64,000 nt of DNA from the human T2T-CHM13v2.0 reference genome, Homo sapiens. The notes under the pieces are model-generated. The model ran no database searches. It worked only from the letters and a program-made list of their open reading frames with translations, and was not told where the DNA came from. The stretch lies in the NCBI RefSeq assembly GCF_009914755.1, contig NC_060926.1; one strand, written 5' to 3'. Below are positions 28,540 to 44,500 of the stretch, in pieces. The stretch's first letter is position 1. Every line of letters begins with the position of its first letter. The position numbers and the translations under genes are program-made.

Positions 28540-29730
28540 ATGTGAAACTTGTAAATTAACTTAAAAATTGCAGTAGTACAGAAAGTTCCCATATACCCTC
28601 CCCCCTCAGTATCTTTTTTGTGACCACATCTTACATGAATGTGGTGCATTTGTTATAGTGGTTGAAGCAATAGCGATATCTTCTTCTTAATGAAAGTCTA
28701 GAGTTTGCACTAAGGCTCACCCTGTGTTGTTCAGCCTATGGATTTTGACAAACTCGTAATGTCATCCATCACCCAGACAGAAGAGTTTCACACCCAAAAC
28801 ATGACCAATGCTGAACCTATTAATCCCTTTCTTCTTTTCCTAGGACCCCTGACTACTATAGATCATTTATTTTATTGCCTCTATGGATTTTCTTTCCCAA
28901 AATTCTATAGAATTGGAATCATAAAGTATGCAGCCACTTAGGACTAACTGATTTCGCTTAGCAACATACATGCAAGATTTCATATCTTTTTGTAGCTTAA
29001 TGGCTTACAAATTTTTATCAGTGAATCGTATTCCATTGGGTCCATGTAATGGTGTGGGTTGGTGCACTCACCGCCTGAAGAGCATCTCAGCTGCTTCCAG
29101 TTCAGGCAATTACGAATACAGCTGCCCTCATTCTTGTGCAGATTTTGCAATGGGTGTAATTTTAAAATTTAACTGGGTAAATGTTTAGAATTTTAATCAG
29201 TTTTTTGTATAATAACACTATGTTTTCCTTTGTAAGAATTAGGTAGAATTCAGTAAAATCTACTGGGCATTTTTTAAAAAGTTATTGTTGATTTAATTTC
29301 TATAATACATACAAGCCTACTCAGATTATCTGAGTCTCCTTTGGGTAGTTATGGTTTCTGCCTTTGAAGGAATTTTGCTGTCAGATTTGTGAGCATAGAT
29401 TTATTCTAAGTATTCCTTTATTATCTTCTTCATATTCATGGGATCAGCAGGAATGATTCCTCTTTTTATTTACATTATTTATAAATTGTGTCTTCTATCT
29501 TTTCTCTGTGGTTAGCCTGGCTGGAGGTTTATCAATTCTGTTTATCTTTTCTAAGAAGCAGCTTTTGGTTTTGTTTTGTTCTCTGTTTATTTTATTATTT
29601 CTATTATAATGAATATATTTTTTTTCTATGTTAATGTTGGGTTTACATTACACAATACTTTTTTCTCTAGTTTCCCAAGGTGGAAGGTAAGAAAACTGAA
29701 TTAAGATTGTTTTTAGTTTTCTAGATAGCA
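28540..29730 (-). mobile_element. Old L1M fragments
   Basis: Antisense L1 3'UTR- and ORF2-like sequence. Confidence 0.6.
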
Positions 29731-32519
29731 TTGTGAATGGAACTGATGTCACAGAAGTGTGCATTTAATAATCAAAATAATACATATTGTGTATTTTTCA
29801 CCAAAATAATGATTTAAAATCCAGTAATATAGATGGTAAGTGCAGAAGGAGCATATGTAGATTCAGGAACGTTAAACATTGTAACTTTTTTTAAAAAGAG
29901 GATATTTACCAGGCCTCTTTCTGTGAGGAGACCCTGTCCTGGAGTGATGCCGTGCATTTGTGTGCTGCCTGGGTGAACACTGCCTACTTCACAGTGATGA
30001 GGGTGGCTTAGACAGAGACCCGAGGCTCTGTCCCCCAGGGCTCTCCTGATGGTCTCCTTTACCTTCCTTCACCACCAAGGAGGGTGGCCCAGCAGCAGCT
30101 CAGCCTGTGCTCTCACCCACCTCCTCTGCACACACCAGTCCTCGTCCTCAGCACCCAAGGCTGCCAGAGGTCCTTCAGCAGCTCCCGTGGCTGACAGTGA
30201 CTCTACGTTTCCTAGATTTCAGGGACCACCTGGAGGGGAGCGGACCAGAGAGACTTCCTCGGAATAGGCTGTGGCTCTTCACAAGGTAAAGTCTTCTTTC
30301 TTTGTCTGAGATGGCAATTTTATTTCTTTAGGTTTCTATTTCATTTGAACTAAGATATGCAAATCTTACCATGGACATTGTAGATGAGTTACAGAATTTC
30401 TTGGTGGGCAAATGTATGTGAGAGCCCATTACCAAACTGGAACTTGGTCCAGATGGCACTCATAGATGACAGCTTCAGTGACAAACTGCATGGCAGAGAG
30501 CATTTTCCTCAGGAGAAATGTGTTCTTGAAAATAGTGTTGACTGTGCAACCAAAATCATTTTGAAAATCTTACACAAACTCTTGGGCCTTTCCACAGGTG
30601 TCTTCTATGCTTTATTTGGGAGCCATTGCCTTGAGCGTTATTTCCCAGATGGTTTTCTAATGTCACCAACTGAAGAAAAGACCCATGCACACAGGACACA
30701 GCATGATCTGATGCTCACAGCGTTTTCCTTCCTCTCTGAAAACGGACTCAGCGATTCTGGCAAGCGGTACTTACTCTGAGATCACCCGTTTGCTAAGGAA
30801 AAATCTTAGTACTGAGAAAGGTGACACTTTCCTCCCTGCTTTTGCTGGAGAGACACTTTGGTTATGAGTTATTTCTAGCATAACACAGTTTATTTCAGAA
30901 GTCCAGCTCAATAGCAGACCAAGGCATGAACAACACATGAAAATTTATGTTGGGAAAATATATATTGTATGTCTGCTTGAACTGTGGGTTCTTGATTAAT
31001 ACAAAACTGGTTGATGAAGGTTGTTACCTTCAGGAAAATGCAAATCTAGTGGAGGGACAAAACTCACAGTAACAGTATTTCATCATAGCCACCATGAGGC
31101 AGTACATTATGAAGCATGTCAGTGATGAATTACTGGCAGGCTGGTCTGTCATTGAAGCTACACTCTGTTTCTAGCTTCTGTTGCTTCTGCTGTCTCTCTC
31201 CTAACATCTGCATATTCCTCCACTTTGTGGTGGAGGAAGCATTAGGGCTGATATAGGGGATTTCCAGTGAGTGTATAATTCAGTGCAGAATTGGCAGGAA
31301 TATATTCCATGGTTAGGAGCTGGAGAAAGTAAGAAATAAAAATAGACCTTGAAGAATGGGTAGGATTTTCAAAATCAGAGATAAAGATGCAAGAAAGAGA
31401 ATTCACTTTTTCAAGTTTCTAAGCAATCATATTTACATGCATAGACATTTTGCTGGTTTCTGTCTTACTAATGTATACTACACTGTGTCTAATCACTCTG
31501 AGGGCTGGTATTTCGGGTCTGTTCCAGACACTCAGGAATCATTTGTTCAGCTTGTTCTATATGCTGAAAACTGTTGCAGGGATGGATATATGCAGTCCTT
31601 GTCCCAAAGCAGCTTATGACTCCAAGAGCAAGGGATAGAATATGAACATGTGTCTTTGGGTTACTTCTAGGGGTAAGAATGAGTTCTGTGGGCAGATGCA
31701 TACAGGAAGTGGGGAGAGGGAGAATGAGATACAAACTATCCAGGCAGGAGGCATTGCAGTAATCAAAGTGAACTATGAGAGAAGCCTGGGGTGTTGTAAA
31801 AAGAAAGAAACTTTGTCATAAGTGGAATGATCAGACAAGTCTTAGAAGGCTGTATTGCAGCCACAGTTCTGACTGGCTACCAATCAGAAGAAGAGGGAAA
31901 TGAGAACTCTTCTTGGCTTGAGTACCTGAGTAAAGGATCTAACCATTCCCAGACAGGCGGCCCACAAGAGAGAAGCAGGTTAGAAGGAAATACCATGAGT
32001 TGTGTTTTGGTCATGTTAGGTAGAGGACATTTGAATGCAGAGTAAGTCAAACTCTTAGGGCAGGGGAGTCAAGAATGCTCCATTGCAGTGGTGTCAGCAA
32101 AATGGCAGGGAAGGCAGCTCTAAGCTCCCATCCTTCCATAGGAATGTTGAATAAACAACCAGACACTGTCAGAACCAACTTTGTGAGAACCGGGAAAATA
32201 ATCAAAGGTGTACGGCAACTAAAAGAATGCTGGATCAACACAAAGGAAACTTAAAAATGATATGAAAGCTGTGTGGCATTTTTGCTTGTCCCACAAGTCC
32301 AGCTTGGTGATAGTCTTGAAGACGGCAGGCTGGATTCCCCAGGCTGGGACCCTTATCCCTGGTTCCAGAGAGGAGAGCAGATCTGATTCACAAATGATTA
32401 TGCTTGTCTGTTTTAATCTTTCCAGAGGCTGTCTGAAGAAGGTATTCATCATCTCTGTTTTACCTGACCCAGAAACCATTCTGCTAGGAAAAACAGTGGG
32501 CATTGCTTGAAAACAGTGT

Positions 32520-33180
32520 TCTGTGGTTGAAAAACCCACAGTCACCTTGGGCTGGTGGGAATGTAAAATGGCGCCTCTTCTGGATCATCGTTTGGCAGTT
32601 TCTCAAAAGGTCAAACGTAGAATCACTATTTGATCCAACAATTCTACTCCTAGGTATATCCCCAAAAGAATTGAAAACAAGGATGCAAACATATGCGTGT
32701 ACACTAATGTTTATAGAAAAAATATTCACAATAATCAAAAGGCAGAAACAACCCAAGTGTCCAATAACAGAAGAATGAATAAACAGTGTGATATAAACAT
32801 AAATGGAATATCTAGCCATGAAAAGGAATTAAGTATTGATACATACTGCAACATGGATGAGTCTTGAAAACATTTTGCTAAATGAAACGTCAGACACAGA
32901 ACACATATTGATGCTTTCACTTATATTAGGTACATAGAACAGGCAATTATAGAGATAAAAAGTAAATAAACAGCTTGGGGCTGAAGGAAGGGTGAAATTA
33001 TAAGTTATTGCTTAATGAGTATAGAGTTTTAAGTTGATGAAATATTTTGGAGATAGTTTGTGGTGATGGTTGCAAACCACGTAAATGTCATTAATACCAT
33101 TGATTTGTACACTTAAATTGCTGAAATTGCAAATTTTATACACACAACCCTGACATATTGCCAGGATTAAAAAAATAGTA
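32520..33180 (+). mobile_element. L1MB-type 3' end
   Basis: gctggtgggaatgtaaaatgg...gatccaacaattctactcctaggtatat. Confidence 0.75.
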
Positions 33181-33354
33181 ACAAAAATAGTGAAATAAGG
33201 AAGAATGATTTCCTAGACAAGCACGAAAATCCCTTGTAAGCTAAGTCTACAAAGCCCTCTCCAAAATGATGCAAAATTAAGCTACTTTTACATTTTTAAA
33301 AGAAAATGCATGTAATCTTAACATCAAAACCCTTAACTAAAGTAAGCATTTCTG

Positions 33355-33947
33355 ATCGGAGTGTAAATTAGTTCAACCATTGTGGAAGACAGTGTGGCAA
33401 TTCCTCAGAGACCTAGAACCAGAAATATCATTTGACCCAGCAATCCCATTACTGGGTAGATACCCAAAGGAATATAAATCCTTCTATTATAAAGATACAT
33501 GCAGGTGTATGTTCATGGCAGAACTATTCACAATAGCAAGACATGGAATCAACCCAAATGCCCATCAGTGACAGATGAGATAAAGAAAATGTGGTACCTA
33601 TACACCATGGACTACTATGCAGCCATTTGCAGGGACATGGATGGCATTGGAAGCCGTTACCCTTAGCAACTAATGCAGTAACAGAAAACCAAACACCGCA
33701 TGTTCTCACTTATAAGTGGGAACTGAACGATGAGAACACATGGACATATGCGAGGGGAACAACACACACTGGGGCCTGTCAGGAGATTGGGCAAAGGAGA
33801 GCATCAGGAAGAATAGCTAATGGATGCTGGGCTCAATACCTAGGTGATGGGATGATCTGTGCAGCAAACCAACCCGACACACATTGACCTGTGTACCCTG
33901 CACATCCTGCACATTTGTACCCCTAAACTTAAAAGTTGAAGAAAACA
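33355..33947 (+). mobile_element. Older L1P 3' end with an AluY in its tail
   Basis: L1 3'UTR; probable TSD aaagtaagc at ~33338 and ~34261. Confidence 0.85.
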
Positions 33948-34272
<325 letters not shown>

Positions 34273-35381
34273 CTAATAAAGCTCTTAAAGAGATATTTTA
34301 AAATAAAGGAATTTTTTTAAACAAAATATAACAATAACAGCAAGCTCCCTAATCTCTTTCCTGGGCATCTCTGACCTGAGAGTCCTGCTGAACCCCCAGC
34401 TGCTCCCCCAGGCCACCCCACAGCCCCCTTAACACTCCAGCCTGTCCGTCATGTTCAGAAGGAGCTGCTCAATCAGTCCTGGTGTCTTTCTCAGCCCCTT
34501 CCAATTCTCTTTCTCACCTTTGGCCTAACCAGCAGTTCTGAATCCTGGAATGAGTTGGGTAGAAAGCTGTGCTTGCTCACAAGTTACTGTTTTTGACCCT
34601 GTCACAAATGTTTGTTCATTATGTAAATGTTCTGTGACTGCTTACTTGCTCAATCAGGCTGTCTATAGATAAAGAAAAAGGCCCATCTCCCTGTTCTGAT
34701 TTGTGTGCAAAACTCCCAATATGGAAACTGGTAACTGCTTACTTAGAGATTAATATACAGCACTGTCATTTATTTTATTATGCAATCTTTATTTTTCTAG
34801 AACTTTGAGAAGATAACACATAAGTTCATATTAACATATAATCAAAAGACTTAATGTATATAAATGCACACAACATGCAACAAGATAATTCGGGGAGGAG
34901 CATGGAATGTGGAGAAGAAGACAATAGGAGAGATCAAATAAAGCCAGGAGTAGAGTTAAATACAAATGCATATACTGCCTATTTAAAATGGGTCGAAATT
35001 TTGACTCTAAACTTTCTTGCAGAAAACTCTGAAAAGCTGGCATATACATTTATATAATTTGCAAGCTGCAGGACAATGCAGGCTGTGTGCCTAACTCCCT
35101 GATGGTAAGATAATGCAGATGTCCCCAGTGATAGGAGGTAGTAAGCCAATTTTGTTTTTGTTTTCTCTCTAACGATGTATTCTGAATGACGTTTTCTGCA
35201 GTGGCATGCTCTTAAGCCCATAGCTAGAGTAATATGCACTTCCCAGCATGTTAGCTGTGACACCCTCCTTTCCATTCCACTCAGGAGAACGTACTGGATT
35301 ACAGACGAGTGAGAATAATGTTGAATGATTAACTTTCTTAAGTAATTTCTTAACTCTAACATTAATAAAATTAAGACTTAC

Positions 35382-35654
<273 letters not shown>

Positions 35655-37365
35655 ACCCACAAACTTTGATCCTTCAGCATTAGTAACAGATTACTCTAAT
35701 ATTTTCATATTCCAACATAATGTTTGAGAAACATAATGTTTGTGAACAGCGTTAAATTATACAAAATCTAGTTATGTACATGGGAGTTATCAGTAAGGAT
35801 ATTTCTCAGTTTTTTTCCAGAATGCATTAAAAAAAAAGTAAATCAATTATTGGCTTCCTTTAGATTGTGTAGAGAAATAAGTACAGTAAATATCTCACTT
35901 CCCACACTTCCTTAACCTTCCCTGCTCCTGCAGGCTGAATATTATTATCTGCTGCTTTACATGGCCTGATAGTATTTGGGTATTAACAATATGATTGTGC
36001 ACTGCTATTGCCTCAAGAGTGGTCCGGCTCTTTGAATGCGTTGGAAAAAACAAAAACTCTCTTAAACGTGATACTGTATTTCACCAGCAGAGGGCAAGCT
36101 ACACTCAGTTGTGCCTATATGTGACGAATTCTGTACAAAGATTTCGTACACAAGCCATAAAGGCCATTTCTTTCTAATTGAAGTAAGTAGCCAGAAATCT
36201 AATAATATCTAAAGAGATCGATCCGATTAAGCTTTAATTTGAGTTCATCTTGGTCTCAAGGGGATTGAATTTAGTGGGTGGAACACAGCAACAAAGAGGC
36301 AGACATGCAAGGACTGGGGTTGGCAGTACCTGGAAATATCTTCTTCCCCCTGGGGAAGAAAGATTTTAAAAGGCTGGAAAGTCACCTGGGCCTCAGCTTA
36401 GTGGGCTGGTCTTGAAATTTAGCTGGACTTTAGGCAGTAAAATCATGTCCTGGACCATTGTGGCTGAGGCAAGTAAAGACTGAAAAATCAGTGGAAAAAC
36501 TTGGAGCTTGGGGCTGAGAACTGTCAAGAGATGAGATACCCATTTGGTGGGATGTGGGTCTGAATTCAGGGACAGGCTCAATAAGTAGGCAATGGGACCC
36601 CTGTGCAGGAAGCGCCTCTATCCCAACAGCCAAACAGATTAGGAGGATTTTGCTGGGATGAGGTCAATGTCTGCATGAATTCCCCCAGACAGAACAGTCT
36701 CTAGTACTGGCTCAGTCATGCACCTTGACCCTAAAGCCAGAGTCTGATGGCCCCACTCAGTCCCTCCAGCCCTGTTCCATGACAGGACACACAAAGCATT
36801 CTTGATTCAAGCCTAATGCTCTCCAGCACCTTCCTGGCATGCCCTGTGGAAAATGGACAGATTTTATAAAATATGCTGTCCTCTATTTGCAGCCCTCTAG
36901 CTGGACTGTCGTGGCCCCCTTTCTGCACACTGAAGGGGATCTCTGACACTGACACCTGTCGGTACTATGTCTCAACCTGCTGACCCATTGGAAGCTACTT
37001 TGGATGACTGCCAAAGTGGGACATTTTATGCTTTCCAAAAAGGGAGAAAATTGACTCAGGAATTGTCCACATGATTTTCAGCTCCTGAAATACTTCAATG
37101 ACATAATAAATATTTTAAATGATTAGAGTTATTATGAAAATGTTAATGAACTTTAAAAATCCATCAGTTTGAATTAACAATGTTATTTTAGATTTCTTTT
37201 GGCACCATGATGAAATTTTATTTATAATACCATTTTTTTGGCTTAAGGTCTTTACATCTTGTTATATTATTCAAGTTCTCATAATTTTATGAAATTTAGA
37301 AATAGTTCTCCGATTATGAATCCTCTCTGTTAGCTAAATTTAATTGTTAGTATAGTATATTCTTT

Positions 37366-37698
<333 letters not shown>

Positions 37699-38178
37699 TT
37701 CTTTTCCCTTTTCATACTACATCATTAAAGTGAGCCATACTGGCCACTATAAAGTAGTTCTCATTGAGATACTGCAGGTGCATGTTTTGGTTATAAAATT
37801 GTTCTCATATAAATATCACAACTAATATATTAGACCTATGCTGTAAAGGCAAAATTATACACTATGGCTTTGTTCTTGCCATTAATTACCTTTTTGAAAA
37901 TATTTTATTACATTCTAGTGGAAAAAGATTTCTCTCAGGTAGCAGAGCAAATAAATACTGTAAGATCTATAGTGTGATCAACGTATTCTGTCTTCAATAA
38001 ATTTGAAATAAAAAAGACATGAAAAGGCATGAAGACAAAAGTCCAAGGTTTAGGGATTAAATTGTGTGTGGCTGCCAATTACAGAAATTAACGGAGACAT
38101 TTTGTTGCTTGACACTACTTTATAGATTGTGCTAGAAAACGTAGTGGTCAAATTTTAATGTTTTTATGATTGTCATAC

Positions 38179-38620
38179 TGTGATGACTGTGAGAATGAGA
38201 ATCACAACCTCCAACTACAGGACAGGAGCCATAATTGACAAGGGTTCTGTTATATCCCTGCACTCTGAAATTCATTGCCACCTTTGCAGCAAGACCACTC
38301 TACCTATGGGTTGCTCCCAGTCAGTGACTGAGCACACCAAGATACTTAGAGCTGCCCCTGGGAGATGAGGGATTCCTTTGACAGATGACTGGCTCAAGAC
38401 TCCCAAACAGCCTTGCCAAACCTTCTTTGACATTGCGGCAATCCGGAATGCTTCCACCCAGCATTCCTTCTCTCTTCCCTGTCTCCTTCACTCATGGTGG
38501 ACATCCATTGTGCTCTGATAGCTCTCCCAGCCCTACCCAGATCCGCCCCCCATTCTCTCTCATGGGCATTTTGCACATTTAATTCTGTTTTGGCATTTGC
38601 TTCTCCGAGGACCCAGGTGA
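38179..38620 (+). mobile_element. Old ERVL-type LTR (LTR16-like)
   Basis: ttgctcccagtcagtgactgagcac...ttggcatttgcttctccgaggaccca. Confidence 0.5.
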
Positions 38621-39731
38621 AAACACATATGATCAAGGGTATAGTTTTCAAGTTAGCATGTCTAAATGACTTTAAACCAAACTACATTCTATATGTATCT
38701 CTGATAATATTTTTGTAGTATCTGATAATTATAAAAGCAACACATGTTCATTAGACAAAATACAGAAAACATGTAAGCCTTGCACTTTTTTATGCCAATG
38801 TTTTTTATGATCTTGAGTATTCAATAATGGCGGAAATTTATTTGTGTCACAGAAACCTGTCTTACCCTGGCATGTCTTGGGAACCACATTTAAAAGTCGG
38901 TTTTCATAAATTATTGGTAAAATAAACTCATACATCTACACTATGCAACTGTGCAATATAAACATACTGTTACGTTTCTTTATATGGAGAAATTTTCATG
39001 CTGCCTTACTAAGTTTAAACACTAAAACAGAAAGAAAGCCTGGGAGGATTCACACCAAAATGCTAACTTTGACATTTTGAGTAGCTACTTTGGGATTTGC
39101 GGTCTTTTTGTTTTATTTGCTTGCTTATCTCTGTTGTTTGAATAATAAAGGCGGATATTTCATTGCTATCCTAGGCTTAAGCATCTTCTTTAGGGTAGTT
39201 TAAAGTAGATACTCTTATCTTGGGTGCTTCATTCATCTGGAGAACATGGCATGCTTCCTTATCAGTTAAGTCACAAATTTGACAATTAACTGATATTGTT
39301 GGTTGACATGTCTTTGATTATGATGTAATACATATTTCAGGGAAAAATGCTTTTCAAAAGTATTTTCCATTAGGAAATATCATTAGTATTAGCGTATATC
39401 AGACTATAACAAGAAACAGAAATTTCATTATCCCATTGCTCTTTTTATGATGCTAAATAAGTAGTCCCCCTAGCAGCCCAGATTTATGTTACCAAAAAAT
39501 CAGTACACTTTGGTTTGTCAAATTAAAATTCAGAAGACTCGAGGGCCCAGATCTGTCTCTAACTATGTGCGAGAAGTCAGATGAACTTTCACACAGCCTT
39601 TCTCCAACAAGCGAGATTGTAACTTCTGAGGTCTCATTCAACCGTTTCCTTCCATGATTCCAAATAACTATTTTTGCTTTTTGAATTGGTGATAATAGCA
39701 GATAGAAACTTGTGGTAAAAATGGGCCCTTC

Positions 39732-40056
<325 letters not shown>

Positions 40057-41208
40057 TCAGGGACAGGTTCCCCCAACAGGAAACACCCTCAAGCTAGTAC
40101 AAGTCCAGGGGTTTTGTTGTAAGAATAGAATAATTTTATAGGTATCCAAGGAAAGAAACCAAAAGTATGGTCAGTCTGCATTTGTTTAGAACTGGAAAGT
40201 AAAAGCTAAGACTATTTCTGTAGGTTCTCATGTATCTTAAAAGGAGGCAAGGCAGAGAAGATCTATTGGCAGCTCTGCTATTAATTCTTCAGTTTCTCTA
40301 GTTAACCAGTTACATTATTATTAAGTAATAATAATAATTATTAAGTGTGATTATTATTGTGATTTATATTATTATTAAGTGGGATTATTATTAAGTGTGA
40401 GTCATTAAAAAATAGAGGAGGTTGCATAGGCATTTCCGGCAGTTAAGAAATCAATCATCTATCCATCCATCCATTTAGCTATATACTTTGAGATGCTCAA
40501 ATCACTCATTTTCCCAGCTGCCAGCAGTGTTGGAAGTGCTGAGAATGTTGTTAGCTGATGGCTCACAGATGAAGGGAGGCAGCTTGCCCAAGGTGGTCAC
40601 CAGTTCCAACTTTAAATGTATAACAAATATGGGGAGGGAGAAACAATCTTAGGGGTTGAAAGTCAGCATTTCCATACACCGATGGTCCAAGCATTCTGGG
40701 GCATAATTGACAACATGATGAATAATTTTCCTTGCTGAGCATACTCCTTGGCCCAACAATGCTATTTAAACCAACTTATCCCAAGGCACTAATGAAGGAT
40801 GTGCACAGATGTTTGGCTATTGAGATGTTTATTCAGTGTGGTCAGTGAAGAAATAAACTAAGTATCCAAGAGCAAAGGGTTTGTTGAGTAATGCCTACTA
40901 TGGAATATAACACAGCTGTTAGAAATGAGGTGGTATCCACCTTCTTGACATGAAAACTGATCTCAATAAGGACCGAGTGAAGGAGGCAGGTTAGGAAACA
41001 CATGTATAGTAGGCTCCTAATTTTATTTGTTCAAATCATTTTAGAAGTGCGTAAGAAACACTTGGAGAATTATATGTCAAAATACTAACAGTGATTACCT
41101 CTGTGTAGTGGTGAGTGGGATTAGATAGGATTTTAATTCCTCTTGACATTGTGCGTTTATTGAATGCTTTATAGAGAATACATGCTTACTGTGTTAGCAA
41201 AAGGCCAA

Positions 41209-41503
<295 letters not shown>

Positions 41504-44500
41504 CTGGCTATTCTTATACTTGAGAGTTGGCCGACTAATTAGTACCTGAGTCCTAATGGGACAAAGTCACTTTCTGGTGCTGCTCAAAACGGTGTTGACA
41601 AGAAGAATCATGATCATGAAATGAAAGAATGTCTACCATGGCAGGGTAACCAGGAAACAGGAATCCAGACACTTCTGTCTCTCTTTTATTTATTTTTCTT
41701 TGTTATTATTTTAGTTTTTAGAGTTTCTGGCTAAAAACAGAGCAGAAATCTTTGTAAAACACACACACACATATACACACAAACACATTATAATTTTCCA
41801 TATGCTACTTCTCTAGATTTTTCAAAAATCCCCTCTCATCACAAAAATCCTTCTGCAGACCGTAAACACATGAAGATCTTTTAAACATTCATTCCACTGG
41901 CTTTCCTCCTTAGAAGCATTATATTTTCCATCACATTTTAAAACACTAACATTGTAACAACAGAATTCAAACAGAAATAAAACATATTGTAAAAAGATAG
42001 GTGTTTTGTTTGAAATAATGGTGTTTATTTTACAATGCATATAATTAGGTCAAATTGTAAAAAGCATTTTTTTCCCCACACAAGAGATTTCATAAAGTAT
42101 GCACACAGGTTATCCAGAATGCAATAAGCCTTTTCCACCAGTTTTAATGCACCTTTTGTACCAAAGGGCAAACCTATCACTATGGCTTGTGGTGGCTTAG
42201 AAAGAAAAACAAGCATAGTATTAAGAGAAATGCTGCAAGATGTGTCTATGAAGAGTACTACAGTGAGTTGTTAGGGCAAGGGGCACGTGGTCTTACACAG
42301 GCTGTCCCAGGAAATGCCCGGCCTCATCCTCTGAGGAGGTCTCCGTTTTGGAAAACAGCTCACGTTCTTTTCGGGTTTGTTCATTCCTGGATACTCCTAG
42401 TTTTACTGCGTGGGAGCGGGCGGCTTTCCCTTTGGTTTTAGGGGATTACTACGTCTGGTGCACCCTGCTGTTTTCTTCTTGTCCCGAATTGTTCTCTGCT
42501 GTTCCTGCAGCCTCCCTTCCCACTGCTGGAAAGCAATTTGTCAACATGACTACCAAATCATCTCACCCTTTATGCTGTTCAGCTAATGTGAGAATTAAAG
42601 CAAGTTTTTTACTGTAATATACTAATATCGACAACAATTGTAACAGCTACCCTATGTCAAGCACTTATCATGTACCAGGTGACTTGGAAAGTCCTCAGTA
42701 TGTGATGAAGCTTTTTTTTTTTCTGTCATTATGCAGCCCTTTCTTCCCATTATTTATTTTTTTTTGCAAATAAGTCATTTTGACCCAAATCCAGCATAAA
42801 TAGCTTTTCACCAATTCCTAACTTAAGACAACTAAAATTTACAATCATGTGGCAGTATAAATTTTAAAATTACAGTTCGTACACTTTGACAATCAAGATA
42901 GTCTGAAGTACAAAAAAGTAAATTGCCCTTTAGCTGAATTACCTTTTTAAAATAGGCCTGCTAGTTAATCTACCAAAAAAAAAACAAGTTTCACGTGTTC
43001 TTCAAATTCCTTTTGTAGTTGTCATCTGCTAGTAAACAACATATGCAGGTTCCTAAAAATTTTTTTTCCAGTCTATTCATGACATTCAACAGGGCTTTTT
43101 ATATGGAAATGTTAAAAACAAGAACTTCTAGGAGATTTATTTACTTTTGAATGGGTGTGTTATTTCCCTTTGTTTCAGATATGAGGCACAAACTTCTGAA
43201 TTTAAGCTCTGTAAGGCATAGTAGAAACTTCCAATTTACAAATAAGGAATTCTCTGGGGGTTAGAACTGCCATGTCATGCAAAAAGGGAAAAATCATCTG
43301 TAAACTGCTACACTGCAATGTGTTAAGTCAGTCATGAAATGGCTGCTTGCCTTGGTATGCAGACGAAAGGTTTCTGTGTTTTATGTTTTTGTTTTTCAAT
43401 AAGACATGCCCAAGTCACCATAAAACTCACCACAGGCCTCCATTACCTAAGCATCAACAATAGGAGGCCAGTGGCACACGCTTATAACGCCTGCAATCAC
43501 AATATAATATAAAGCATGAGTAAACTTTGTTTTTATACAAAACTGAAGAGAATCCCATCCCGCCCCTAGCCCCTTCAATAAAACCCCAAAGAAACAAAAA
43601 AGAAAATCCTTTAGCTTCGATTGACTGGTGTGGCTAAAATTAGGTTTCTATGCATCACTGCTGCTAGGGTGATCAATTTTGTCCTTTCTCAAGAGAAGGG
43701 ATCTTGTCATGCACCCTACAGGAACAGTGAAGCCACAAACCTCAATTCTGCATAGCAAATTCCATCCCAATTTCATAATGACCAATATAACAATCTTTCC
43801 CTGTTTTGCTCAGCTTCTTCAAGCTTTGAGATCAGGTTTAATTGACTACATCTACTATAGCTCTATTAAATAGAATATCTTGATTCCCTAAAACCGTGAC
43901 ACTTATGATCTTGTGATGAGGTTTTCTCTATACACACTGTAGGCCTTCAAATGTTGTTGTTTAATTTTTTTTTTTTTTGATGCACCAAATTTAAGAACGC
44001 CCTTTCAGGCAAGCAGTGGTCTCTAGCTGTTAAAACATTTCCTTAGTGGATCACAATAGCTTCTAAAACTGCCTTTCTAGTAAAGGCCATCAGAGAGGTA
44101 ATACTAAACTGTGCATTTGCCAAATAAGAATATGAATTGTATAAAAGCTCATATTCCAATCCTAGATCAAACAGCAAAAGTGCCACTAAGTTGGTTTCCA
44201 TGTTTGTATAAAAGCTCCGACTGATTTTATGTATTTTGCTATGAAATTACCTTTGGATCTTATAATCAGTATACCTCTACTCAGGAATGTGCAAATGATT
44301 TTATACAGCATGACGCTAGTACCGCTCTGTATGACAGTAAGGTTTTTTTTTCTTCTTTTCTAAATAGAAAGAAAATATCCCTAGTCAGAAATAAACTGAC
44401 AAATTTACATTCTCCTCTCTTAAAAAAGTAAATAAAATAACATTATTCAAAATGTGAATTAGCTATAGACATACAATTACATAGATACATATCGATACAG

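Noticed and set aside
30400-30680. Possible minus-strand exon relics
   Set aside because: Acceptor-like sites are present but I could not match any translation to a known protein
40315-40400. Degenerate attattaagtgtg repeats
   Set aside because: Ordinary low-complexity AT slippage
41683-41720. T-rich tract as the GNAQ retrocopy poly(A)
   Set aside because: The TSD, T-run and AATAAA at 42701-42758 define the real end
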